From NCBI RefSeq assembly GCF_046119375.1, contig NW_027362761.1, positions 971,416,001 to 971,480,000 on the forward strand: 64,000 bases of DNA. Reading direction: 5' to 3'. Made by a program: the position numbers and the translations under genes. This DNA is from Phyllobates terribilis (Eukaryota). The notes beneath the pieces were generated by a model that saw nothing but the letters and a program-made list of their open reading frames with translations, had not been told where the DNA came from and ran no database searches. Within the stretch, counting starts at the first letter, position 1. Every line of letters begins with the position of its first letter. Shown one piece after another: positions 10,963 to 23,489 of this stretch.

Positions 10963-11819
10963 GGACGGGCCCATCTGAAGTTTGCTAGAGAGCATTTGGA
11001 TGATCCAGAAGAGTATTGGGAGAATGTCATATAGTCAGATGAAATCAAAGTAGAACTGCTTGGTAGAAACACAACTCGTCGTGTTTGGAGGATAAAGAAT
11101 GCTGAGTTGCATCCAAAGAACACCATACCTACTGTGAAGCATGGGGGTGAAAACATCATGCTTTGGGGCTGTTTCTCTGCCAAGGGACCTGGACAACTGA
11201 TCCGTGTACATGAAAGAATGAATGGGGCCATGTATCGTGTGATTTTGAGTGCAAACCTCCTTCCATCAGCAAGGGCATTGAAGATGAAATGTGGCTGGGT
11301 CTTTCAGCAAGACAATGATCCCAAGCACACCACCGGGGCAATGAAGGAGTGGCTTCGTAAGAAGCATTTCAATGTCCTGGAGTGGCCTAGCCAGTCTCCA
11401 GATCTAAACCCTATAGAAAACCTTTGGAGGGAGTCGAAAGTCCGTGTTGCCCAGCGGCAGCCCCAAAACATCACTGCTCTAGAGGAGATCTGCATATAGG
11501 AATGGGCCAACATACCAGCAACAGTGTGTGCCAACCTTGTGAAGACTTACAGAAAAAGTTTGACCTCTGTCATTGCCAACAAACGATATATAACAAAGTA
11601 TTGAGATGAACTTTTGTAATTGACCAAATACTTGTTTTCCACCAAAATTTGAAAAAAAATTCTTTGCAGATCAGACAATGTGATTTTCAGGATTTGTTTT
11701 CTCATTTTGTCTTTCATAGTTGAGGTCTGCCTATGATGTCAATTACAGGCCTCTCTCATCTTTTTAAGTGGGAAAACTGGCACAATTGGTGGCTGACTAA
11801 ATACTTTTTTTCCCCACTG
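10963..11819 (+). mobile_element. 5'-truncated Tc1 transposon with DD34E transposase remnant
   Basis: [24 protein letters not shown] and [15 protein letters not shown] motifs (ORF 11107-11499); right TIR ends CCCCACTG followed by TA. Confidence 0.93.
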
Positions 11820-11821
11820 TA

Positions 11822-12335
11822 TATTAGGTGGTGAACTTTGATTTTTGTCCTGTTGAAAGATCCCTGGAACAGACTGTTTGTTGGTGAACATGGATGAAAA
11901 GTGCCTGTTTAATATCTCAGCCTTTTCTTTGTCCTCTATAATTATCTTGTTATTATCGTCTTTTAAGGCGCTGATAACATTTGTTTTTTTCTTTTTGACA
12001 TTGATGTATTTATAAAAAAATTTGGGAATTATTTTAATGTCGCTGGCAATTTGTTTCTCTGTTAATAATTTTGCTAGCTTTATTTATTTTTTACATTTCT
12101 TATTTAGGTTTTTATACTCCTGAAATGCTATTTCTGTATTCTCGGCCTTCAAGATTTTGAATGTCCTTTGTTTTTGCCTTATTAAACTTTGTACTGTCTT
12201 ATTTGTCCATAATGGTTTATTTTTATTCCTGGACATTTTATTACCAGAGGGTATAAATTTTCTACATGATTCTTGTAGTATTTCCTTAAACATGCCCCAT
12301 TTACGTTCGGTATCCCCAGTTACCATGACATGGTC
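11822..12335 (-). mobile_element. CR1 LINE ORF2 fragment (between endonuclease and RT), disrupted
   Basis: KWGMFKEIL...KPLWTNKTV...NPKFFYKYIN is homologous to the CR1 at 50400-50850. Confidence 0.85.
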
Positions 12336-12836
12336 CCAGCTCCTCCCTTAATTTGTTTAAATCAGCTTTCTTAAGCTGCTACCAAACGTATTTGGTGGTG
12401 GCTTAGCTCTTAAGAGGACAAAAGAAATGGAAATTGAGATTTCACATGCCCAATATTTATTTCCTCCAACATCATCTGTCTGGGTAAGGTTTGCATGTGA
12501 AATCACCAGGTTTGGGTGTCTTTCATACAGTATATGGGCAACTAAAACGCTAACTTAATGTGGTCCTTAAACTAGAACTAAAAGAGAAAATGAAAGTTCA
12601 AAAGGTATAAAATCTAGGAAACTGTTGGATATTGAACCACTTTTGGTAGACGCTAACCACTGCCTACTGGGAAAACCTCACAAGATGTCTTTGGGTCTTT
12701 GTCAAAGCCACTAAGATCTTTATATACTTGGCCATTTTTCCTGCTTCTAAAGCACCAACTTAAAGAAATGAGTGTTCACATGTTGTCTGGTATATCTCAC
12801 TGACATTGTAGTTAATGCTATGGCTGACCAGTGTAA

Positions 12837-13101
12837 ATATGAATTAGTGTAACATGGACAATTTTGCTTTTCACTCATGCGAACAAATTCTCCTAATGAA
12901 ACGTAAAAAATGCTTTATATATGATATTTAACAGCACAATGAACTATATAATTACTTTCACTATGTTTCCAGCATTAGCTTCTATCAGAAAGAATATTCA
13001 TTTATCTATTACCCACTCATGGACGTACAGTCCTAGTATAATAAGACTTGATAACTACAAACTCGTTAAGCAGCTTATTAACTTATGTCAATGCCTAGGA
13101 C
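12837..13101. repeat. Copy 1 of a ~260-bp dispersed direct duplication (copy 2 at 14701-14951)
   Basis: Collinear similarity by eye, including a 12-bp indel. Confidence 0.85.
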
Positions 13102-14084
13102 TTAATTCACAAAAGTAGAACGTAAGTGAAGTAATTAACTTTATTGGTGGAATCTATTCAAAATAGGAAATCAAAGAAAAACAATTTCCATGGTAACAGT
13201 GCCATCCTTGAGAGCTAGTCTCTAAATGATGCTTCGTGTTGTAGTATGAGTAGGATCAGACGTCATAGCAATCTGTCTCCTCCGTACTCTTACTACTGCG
13301 CATATAAAGCTCTCTGCCATCAACCTGCTGTTGTTGACAATTCAAGTCTGTATAAGAATGCGGTTTTATCTATCTCATTACAGGAATATCATGGCTCTAG
13401 ATGCCGAGCTAGCAGAAAGGCTGCACCTATAAAGCTGAATTCAGCACCATCCAAATAATTAAACTTGTAGGAGATCTTATTTTAGTTTTTATTGGAAGTA
13501 AATTAACAAGTCTGTGCTTTTTTCTGCAATAAGACATTAGATACAATTAGCGCAGCTTTGAGAGGAAAGGATTAAGTGCAATTGAATCGGAAAACCTGGA
13601 GACCATTAGCCGGTAGTGAAACTTATACCAACCTTTTTTCAATCCTCCTCTAGTGTACTGTATGTATGCTATCCAATACTAGTCACTGCATTTATTGACG
13701 CATACATCTTGACGCAAACCTCAAGCGAGAATCTATATTTCAGGCAAATGCTACATGTGTATAGTTTAAGTATTACACATCTTTGACAAATGAAAGTCTG
13801 ATCCATTCCTTTAAATTCTTTGGGGTATTATGCAGGCAGTGCTACTTCAGGCTTCGTGACAAACATTTTTAGCATAAAGTATAAAAATATCTACCTATAA
13901 TATACTGCTCCATGGCAGCCCTTTCCTTTTATAATTGGGAGTAAGTGGAGAAAGGCTCACAAAGTTCCAGCACAAAGCAACAAGACATGGGAAAAACAAT
14001 GCAAGTGTTAGATTGAAAGTTATTTACAGTGGGTCTTGGGAGCAAACATAAGAGAAAAGTTTCACTTAAAGGGGACTTTGTATA

Positions 14085-14370
14085 GGGCAGCACGGTGGCT
14101 CTGTGGTTAGCACTGCAGCCTTGCAGTGCTGGGGTCCTGGGTTCAAATCCCACCAAGGACAACATCTCCAAGGAGTTATATGTTCTCCCCATGTTTGCAT
14201 AGGTTTCCCCCAAGTTCTTCAGTTTCCTCCCTACTCCAAAGACATACTGATAGGGAATGTAGATTGTGAGACCCAATGGGGACAGTGCCAATAATGTCTG
14301 TAAATTGTCTGAATTGTAACACGCTGCAGAATATGTTGGTACTATATAAATAAAAAGATTATTATTATTA
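14085..14370 (+). mobile_element. tRNA-derived SINE, V-SINE-like
   Basis: A-box TGGCTCTGTGG and B-box GGTTCAAATCC; central ATGTTCTCCCCATGTTTGC...GGTTTCC...GTTTCCTCCC domain; (ATT)n tail. Confidence 0.88.
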
Positions 14371-14700
14371 GTTAGGTAGACAACATGAAAATAAGAAAGT
14401 TTGAAATTGGCTTACTTCTTGTATCTGCATTAATTTTCTTACTGTGAGAGCTTTTATCTTACATAGTGTACAGATCATTGCCAAAGAGGCCAACCACCAG
14501 ATCCTCGCCAGTATGCACAGTAGTTACATTCCTGACTAAAGAGTTAACTCTTGAGATACCAGTCATCTCTCTCCAGCCCATTGATTTCTTTACAGCAGTT
14601 AGCAGTTCACCTGTTTGTTCCTGTTCCACAGCTATTATCAGTCCTGCAAAAGAACAATCCCCCGTCCCCATCATCAATTTCTAGAGCAGTTGCAGAGTAT

Positions 14701-14951
14701 ATATGAACTAGTGTAATATGGACATTTTTGCTTTTAACTCATGTGAACAAATTCTCCCAATGTAATATAAAAAAATTTATATATGATGTTTAACACTACA
14801 ATGAACTTTATAATTACTTTTACTGTGTTTCCAGCATTACCTTCCATCAGAAAGAACATTCATTTATCTGTTACCCACCAATGGACGTACAGCCCCAACA
14901 TAATAGGACTTGATAACTATAAACTTTTTAACTTATATGAATGCCAAGGAC
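14701..14951. repeat. Copy 2 of the ~260-bp dispersed duplication
   Basis: Aligns to 12837-13101. Confidence 0.85.
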
Positions 14952-17339
14952 ACATGTCTCTGTATAACCTCCAGTACATAGTTCTGCCATGTTCATGAGG
15001 TCTAAATCCAGGATTACAACCACTTTGCACTTAACCATTCTATGCTTATCCTATTTTCAGTCAGATATAAAGTCACGGTGTAAATTACTTAGATTTTAAA
15101 CACTTTAGCTACTAATACAATATGAAATACCCCCTTATTTTTCCAGATACAGAATACTTTAGTTGTACATTTGTCAATGCTAGATTTTGATGGTAATAGA
15201 AGAATTCATTTAGGGAAGTGGTTGTTTCAATATTCAGTACATTATTCAACATCACCACCCTATAGGTTCAATTACTAGTCTCGACATTGAACACATCAAT
15301 AACTCAAGTGCATGTCCCACAAAACACATTTCAATGAAAATTGCAGACTGCCAAGAAAACGTATGACTAAGCAACAGCAGTTCTCTCTCTAGCCACCTTA
15401 ATAAAAGAAACTAAGGAAGAATAGAGCTAATGATCTACTTTAAATGTCACGGTTTACAGACAGGTCATAAGTGGAGAGACCTGAACCTTTATTAGCAATG
15501 TTGAAGCCAGATGTAATATCTCAATGTGGTCAATGTTAAAGAATCATGCGAAACTTCAAAGTCTTATTTCCTTGCTGTTATAATAGTTCCCTGTGCTCCA
15601 TTCCCCTTCACTCTTTTATTGAACATCTCTATAATGAAGTTCTATCCTGCTATGTTTGATTTATTGGCAGCATAGTGGACCAAATTAAATCACTTTGAGA
15701 CCAGCGCCAGCCTGCAGGCCACTGGTGTGAGAGTCCTGCATTAATGAAAGTTGCAAATGAAGGGGGAAAATGCAAGATATAAATTTATGACAACAACAAA
15801 TGCGGCTCACAGAAGTGTTAATGCCTCAATAATACAATAAATATATGTACAGCAGTGTTCTGGGCCAAGACATGAGTCCTTGGAGTATTCCTTACCCTTA
15901 AATCTAGTATAACTCACTGCTCATGTCTACAATCCGGACTATTGTAGAGGCAGAAAAAATATTGCTGTAACATAAAAGTGTACTATAACATGGCATAGGG
16001 GAGTTCAGCACAGACTAAAATTCATAATGTAATGCTCTTTAGTTCATACAAGAATGTGCATATGTAAAAGCAGAGTCTCCAGAATAACTCGTTATCACGG
16101 CCATTCAGCAATTTCCTTTCTATTCTGCTGACAGTGCGTACAGGGCAGTGACCGCAAATTTGATTTCCCTGTAGATTATTATTATATTGCTATTTTTTTT
16201 TGTTAGACATGCAATTCCCTGATGTAATTTTTAAAGCATACCTGATGTTTAGTAAAACGTCTGACATGTCCGAAATTTTGACCGGTAGGGGTTTAAATAC
16301 TGAGTTCCCCTCATCTATCATTGGAATGAATTAGGTCCCATCATTGTTCTGGATGCGATCTTCATTCATTTTTGGTCCCAGTGTCCACTTTTACCATCAG
16401 TGTAACCTCCGTTTTCCTCATATGAAAAAAACTATTTCAAACTTCTCCTATTCATTAAACAGTAAAAAAACATCAATCAGATGTGTCACGGCCAGCATCT
16501 GCTTGCTATCGATTGCTATCTCTTCCACTTAAATGGGTGAGTTTGAGTGCCCAATTCACACGTCCAATTTTCATTTACATGTTCTATCAGTGTTTTTCAC
16601 AGATATAAAACTTACCCATTACAGTCAGTGTCCATGTTCTATTTTGTGCAATGTCAGCTACCCCACTCCCTAAAAAAAAGGAAACGTCCATTTTTATCCG
16701 ACTGGCAGATTAAACTTATTAATTCAAGAATCTGTAATAAAATTGGATATGGCATCCAATATGTAGCTGTTAAATGGGTAGCAGTACAGAAGCTGTACAT
16801 TTTTTTAATTTTTTTAATACTTATGAGTCGGATGCTACATTAAACATAAAAACAGACACACAGATGGATGAAAATTACATCCCGAACACTAATAAAAACA
16901 ATCTGTTTTCTCTCATATGCTAAAAAAATCCTGATGTCTGCATGAGGCCTTAGCACGCTGCGAAATTTCATACAAATTCTATTAACTTGTACGTCACTAA
17001 ACTCCATGATCAGCCAAACAAAGCTAATCAGTACTGAAGGGATACAATGCTCAGCGCACTTCAGCCCCTTCTTTCTGGGGCTATGTCACCACAATCAGTA
17101 TTTGGTAAGTTTTTGATGTGGTAAATTAGGTAAATTACTTTACCTTTATTTTTGTCATTGCATTTTTTAATTTGTTTTTATTGCATTTTTGACGCTGCGT
17201 TTTTTGTCTCTTGTTGGCGTATCATGTTTTAAATAAAGCTGCGTTGTTTTGATACTTCCTGGCATTTGGCTTTGACAAAACTTTATTGATAAAGTCATAC
17301 GTGAATTACATGAGATTTTACTGTTTTCTCAGTGGAAAT

Positions 17340-17728
17340 ACAATACAAGTATCGGCACCGAGATCTCAATCCTAGCATGCGCCGCTTCCGGCGGCCATTT
17401 TCCCGGAGTCCACTGTATAGGACAGTATGGAAGGTGCGGGGCTCCGGCTTCCACAAAATATCGGCGGAGCCCCTGCACCACTGAACACCTCCAGCAGAAC
17501 TTGACAGACAGCATGGGGCCCGTAGCCATCTCCCGACTTCTGCCTCCAAACACCCCGTCTTGCCTCCGCAGCATCTCCGGGACGCCGCAACATCTCCTGC
17601 CTCACCAGTAGCAACCCTGGGACCCCACTCCACCGCAGCCGGTAAGGTGATTTCGCTTTGTAAGACGCACCCCTATTTTCCCCCCAAATCTGGGTGAAAA
17701 AAAAGGGTATCTTATAAAGCAAAAATAC
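17340..17728. mobile_element. pogo/Tigger-like non-autonomous element, one terminus visible
   Basis: CpG-rich body ending in TAAGACGCACCCC...CTTATAAAGCAAAAATAC, typical of such termini; left boundary approximate. Confidence 0.45.
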
Positions 17729-18142
17729 ATTATATTAAACATCCGTGTGCTGTCCGTATGCAAAACTGATTACATACAGACATGATGCTGACCAATGCAA
17801 GTCAATATGGTAGTTCACATGAACATTTTTACACTCGAACTGTTGGTCTGCATGTAAAAACAAAGTTAATAGGTAAATAAAAATATGGATCACATACATG
17901 TTACCATCCATATGTTGTGTTTTTCGTGCATACATTGCAATTATAAAGATGGGAATCAATATTTATCCTTTATTATTTATTAAATTGTTCATATAAAAAT
18001 GAATGCCATACATATGGGCAAAACAGACATGTGGACTGCATACGGATGTAAAAGAAATCACACTGATGCCATATGGATAGCATATGACTGACAATACGGG
18101 AAAAAAAATTTCTGGACATAAAAACGTATGATTTTGAATATG

Positions 18143-18773
18143 TGTCATGCAAGGTGAGGGAAAGACTAAGCGCAACACGAGAGGAAGAGGGGGAGGAAGC
18201 CCAAACACTAGGGAAAGGGAGAGTGGAGACCCCTAGGCAGATCTAATATCACCCTGCCTACCCTACCATCCCTATATAGGTTGCAAACCTATCGCTGAGC
18301 AGGAACCTAAGCCCTGAATGTCCCTAGAGCTTGGCCTTACATAGCAAGGGGACAGGGTGAGCACTAGTCAAGCCCAACTACAAACTAAATACAACAAGGT
18401 AGACAAACAAAGGGGATACATTTAGCTTGAGCAGACAGAAGAGAGATAATGCCAACTGTCCTCCAAGGGCACCAGAGAAGAAACTAGCCAACTGCTAGTG
18501 CCCAAGCCAACACAGAGGTACAGTATATAGAACTATCACCGGCGTCTCTCTCGCTCTCTCTCTCTCTCGAGAAACTGAAAATATTTAACTAGCCACAAAG
18601 GGTGGGTCAATCAGCAGCAGAAGGTGGAGGTCGCTGCTGGGTCCTAAAGGAAGTAGGATGTACCGATACTACAGAGATGAGGGATTCAAGAAGGCGTCTG
18701 CAATGCCAAGCGCAGTGACCTTCTACAGCCGACTCCGGAGCGACTGTCTGTCACACCTGACACACACGTGACA
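18143..18773. mobile_element. Solo LTR (631 bp) nested in a Harbinger-type MITE
   Basis: TGTCA...TGACA inverted termini; 5-bp TSD ATATG / ATACG differing by one CpG-type transition. Confidence 0.78.
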
Positions 18774-21700
18774 ATACGTTCGTGTGAACCCAGCGTGTCA
18801 ATCATGGGCGGACATGTCATAAGTTCTGTAAAATAATAGTGACACCAGATGGCTTCACGTAAACTTTAGGAAGGTCGGCATAAAACCACATTCATATTAG
18901 ATGGATGTTTGCAGATTTCCAGTCCTCGTTTGAAATTTAATGGGAAATATGCCCTGAAAATCCCCAACAAATTCTCTCCAAATTATAGTGTTAGTAAGAT
19001 GTCATTCAGATGGCAGCGATTTTTCTCATATGGACTGTTGTCCATTAGTTTATTTTGGATCTGATTTTCATCAGTGTTTGAGCAATGTGTCAGTTTTTAC
19101 CATCAGTGTTTCATCAGTAATTTTCACCAATGAAAAAATAAGAAAATAAATGGCAAAGCTTCTCCTGCCTATCACAATGTTAATCATGGACAGCACAAAG
19201 ACTATACTCTGATGGCATCCGTGTGCTGTCCGTAATTTTCCCAGACTCATAGACTTGTATGTGAAATTTTGATCCATCAAACACTCCATCAGTAAAACCA
19301 TGGATATGTGAACAATCCCATAGACTAAAATGGGTATGTATTATATCTGTGAAAAAATCAGAGCACATACTGTATGTGTCTCATGGATATATGAATGTGG
19401 CCATAATACAATGTTTAACACCCCATTCACTGGTAAAAACACAGCACGGCATGCGGCATAGATTTTAAAGCATGCTGCAGGTTTTCACATTTTTAAGATT
19501 CCAGCCTGATACAAACCTGTAAAATTACAATAGAACAGAAATCTGCAGTGGAAAATACCCATATAGCCACATAGGTAATTCTTATATTTATCAAAAAGTG
19601 TCATTTTCACAAAGCCCAGCTTTGCCTCTCGTCGTTTCACATCTTGACTAGTACAGACATACTGGCTGTCACCTTTGAATTAGTTTCTTCATAAAATGTC
19701 TGTCATAGATAGAATGTGATCATCAATAGTTCATCAGTTTTTGAGTTAATGTAAAAATGACAACAGATATAGCTGTATTTATTGTTGTGAATGTTATGTC
19801 TGTGTAAATTACTTCTAGAAAACTTTTATCGATTAATTTCTCATACACTTAAGAAGGATGTGGTTGAAAACAAGTGTTAACTTTAGTCCACAGTGCAATC
19901 AGCATTCTTCATTTTCAGGGTAAATAAATACAGGACAGAAATGCTGGGATTTTCTCACAAAAAGAAATCAATGGAAAACAGTAGTGGGTAAGTTTTAACA
20001 AATCTCATCTACATGCTGCTGAAATTTTCTACACGTACATTAACCTGAAGAGCGGAGTTTTAAATCCGCAGCAAGTTAATTTTTTATATGAAAAGAACCA
20101 GCATTTGTTGGAGATTTTCCCCTTTTAAACTAATAGGGAAAAAAAAATCTGCAATAATATGGTAGTGTTGTGGATTACTTGCAAGTAGAAAGACTTGATA
20201 AAATTAGGAAAAACTATATTTGCTTATGCATTCCCAATCTCTAGCTATGACATTAATAAGTGACCGCTGCAGCCAATCTCAGGTTGCATCCCTCACTAGA
20301 GGCCAGGATACAGAGACTGGGGAATATATTGCTAAGGTGAGAAAGCTACTTTTTTTCTTTGCAAAACCGAAAATTTGTAAGATTTGGTGCAGATTTTTTG
20401 TTGCAGAATTAATGAAATATGCTGCAGAAATTTTCCAAATGAATTCTATGCACGGGGATGTACTCATACCTGTCTCAACAAAATATTCAAGATGCTTATG
20501 TGTTTATCAATGTCTGATGTCACCACATACAAAAGCAGCAACAATTTAGGAAAGAAATTAAAATTGGAAATAGAATATGACAATTGTATAATTTTGTGTC
20601 TACGTCAATCAAGAACAAAAATAAAATAATAAAAAAATTAAAAAGCGTAATGCCAATCATTACTTCATTCTGTAAAGTCTAGTACAACTTATGGCAGACA
20701 TGTCAAAAAAGTACTTCTTGAAATCATTAGTAATGTTTAAAAAGGAACAAATTTATAACTGTTGGTTCTGAGACGTCATCATAGACGGTTTAGTCAAGAT
20801 CAGACAGAATAAGAGATAGGACAAAAGTAAAGCAAAATCCAGATTTTTATCTTTCTTTAGAATAAAAAGGAATGTGTTGATGTATAAATATATTCTGGAT
20901 ATATATAAATATATATAGATGCACGTACTTCTATGTTTAACGTTCACCTTTTAATATTATGTCTTTATTGGGTCTAATGTTCTGTTAATAAGGAGCTCTG
21001 CATTTTTTAGAGGTAAAGGTCATAAAGTTTTTCGCCCCTCTGCCACCACTAGGGGCAGCTTACTGCATAGTTTTAGTACTGTTGGTGTTTTCACTGTATT
21101 AACAGTAATCAGTAAGCTTCTCTTAGTGATCCCTGAAGATTAACAAAGACTAACATTTAGCTCTATGTCTTTGTGAAGGAATTTGAAGATTAGTGTCAGG
21201 ATTACAGAAATCAGTGTGATATATGACTCTATTTAGAGTCAAGACAAAATCATGTTCATTAGTGGACATTGACTTTAAGAGGTTGACCAACGAGAGACCT
21301 ATTGAATTCTGTGTTTGCCATAAATTCACAGTGACTCTGTATAGACATGTACATATATTACATTGCATGCTCTGGTAGCCTTATTCCCTTGCATACCAAA
21401 TCAGGACTTGAGGCTCTCCTATGGAGATATGGACATTGCTGGAGGAAGGATCCCAGGTCATGGTTGTGAAACACAGCCAAGTGCATCACCAGGAAACTGC
21501 ATTAAGCCTCATGATAAACCAGAAACATAGTGAGGAGGACGTCACAAGTTAGAACCTGAAGTAGAACATCAGGTATCAGGAACTATACCAACGTCAGGAT
21601 ACGAGTCAGAAGTCAAAACCCTGACAGCAACATAAATGTTTCACCTCTAAATAGGCAGTCAAGGTCTTACATTATGATCAGGCGCTGGTTGCCTTGGCAA

Positions 21701-23015
21701 CCTGAAATTGACATCTAAAGACAGAAGTAAAGCCTCAGACAAAGAACGCAAACATCACCTGAGTAACGCAGATGTCTGTCACAGGAGACTTTCAACAAGA
21801 CCTGAGTAACAGGTGCCTACGACTTAAACACTATGTCCAAAAAAAAAAAGTTTAAAACTGAAAAATGTGAGTGTGTAAATGCAGTCCTATGTTCACCATG
21901 CATTTGTTATTTTAGCCAGCCATTTCCTGAATGACTTTTCTTTCTTTGGTTGCTCTGTGAAGGTTGTTAACTTAGACGAAGATACAGTAAATTAAAGGAA
22001 CAAATCATTGATCGATCTCTGCCACGATCTGTGGTCTAGTCTGGGCTTACTTTTATGCGATTTAGACTAGTCATGAAAATATATTTTTTAACTACAACAC
22101 CAATCATTGACCAAAAAAAATCTAACATAGAATAGTTTTTCTATAGATATTATCTATATTATCTATGGGTCAGCATCTTTCACACTTGTTTTGTCACAAA
22201 TAGGTACTTGAGGTACCACGAATTCATAAGAATGGAGCAGGGACTGTATATACGTACCTCAGCTCTATTCATTCCGTATTGGACTACTGGAGATAGCCAA
22301 GTGCAGCTCTGGGCTTTTTACAGCAATCCCTTAGAGAATGAATTGAGGGGTGGATGCACGTTTCCGGCCACTACTCCATTCAGACAGAGCTCTGCAGAGC
22401 CCCATTCTCAAGATGAGTGGGATTTCCAGCAGTCTGACCTACAATGATCCGCACATTATCAGCTATCGGGAGGATGCTTGATAACGCCTAAAGATGGAAA
22501 TAATCCATTGAACCAAATTTTTAAAAAATTTGTCTGAACTCAAATGTATTGTAAACTTATCAAGATGAAACCATGAAGTGCCAACTGAGCAGAATTCTGC
22601 TTTGTCTATGCTTCAAAGATGTGAACAAAGAAACGTATCAATGTTTGGAAACATACTATGCCAAAGGCAACGGCAAGTCATGTAAGACAATTGAGACATT
22701 TGATGACAGAACATAATTGTCAGAAGAGTAGATTCTTATTTTGGTGCGATCGAAGAAAATATGCAAAATATAATCTAGAGTATGGTTCACAAATTTATCA
22801 CAAAACAAATTGAAACTGTTTAGCATTTACTTTTATAATGCAATAGAAAGTGTTTTATCTTATATGATGCCAACATATTCATCATACAAAGAAGGATATC
22901 AGTTAATGAATGAATTAACATATTGATAAGAAAAAAATTCAGAACAAAAAGTAAAAATTTTGAGTAAATGCAACATACCGCATTAATTTTGTGCATTGAA
23001 AATTATATGCATATC

Positions 23016-23441
23016 TGTTAGAACCCTCCTGTTAGTTTTTTCTATCTTGTGTTTTGCGGTCACGTGACCATCTGCCTATATATTCCAGCTCCGCCCTTCT
23101 GGCTTTGCTGGACTTCAGTGTTATTTGACTGTTTTGCTAGCCTGGTGCTTCGGTGCCTATCTCTGTCAGTTTGCTTGGTCCTCTGGGACCTCTAGTACTT
23201 TTTGTCAGTTTGTCTTTTGTGTTCTACAACAATTTCTGTTTAGGAGGTGTCCCATTTTTGTCCCAGTCCTTAGTTCTTTTAGGAACCCCTCCCTTAATTC
23301 TATAGGTCTTCGTTCAGACTAGCCGAGGACGAAGGCAGGTCTGTTCACTAGGAACCCGCTACATCGTAGGGATTCAGCTTAGTCTTATTGTAGGGACAGC
23401 TTTCCCCTATCTTTCCTTAGTTCTTGTTGCAGATCCTAACA
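23016..23441 (+). repeat. 5' LTR (426 bp)
   Basis: Matches the 3' LTR with about 12-13 substitutions and one 7-bp indel (manual count). Confidence 0.95.
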
Positions 23442-23489
23442 GTAAGTCCAGCCCAAAAAAACTAAAAGGAAAGAAATTCGGGGATCAGT

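Noticed and set aside
14085-14160. tRNA gene-like sequence (also 41370-41440)
   Set aside because: A and B boxes belong to a SINE head; there is no full cloverleaf and it continues into the SINE body and tail.
21370-21811. Possible degenerate solo LTR
   Set aside because: Composition is suggestive, but I could not define paired TG/CA ends or a TSD.
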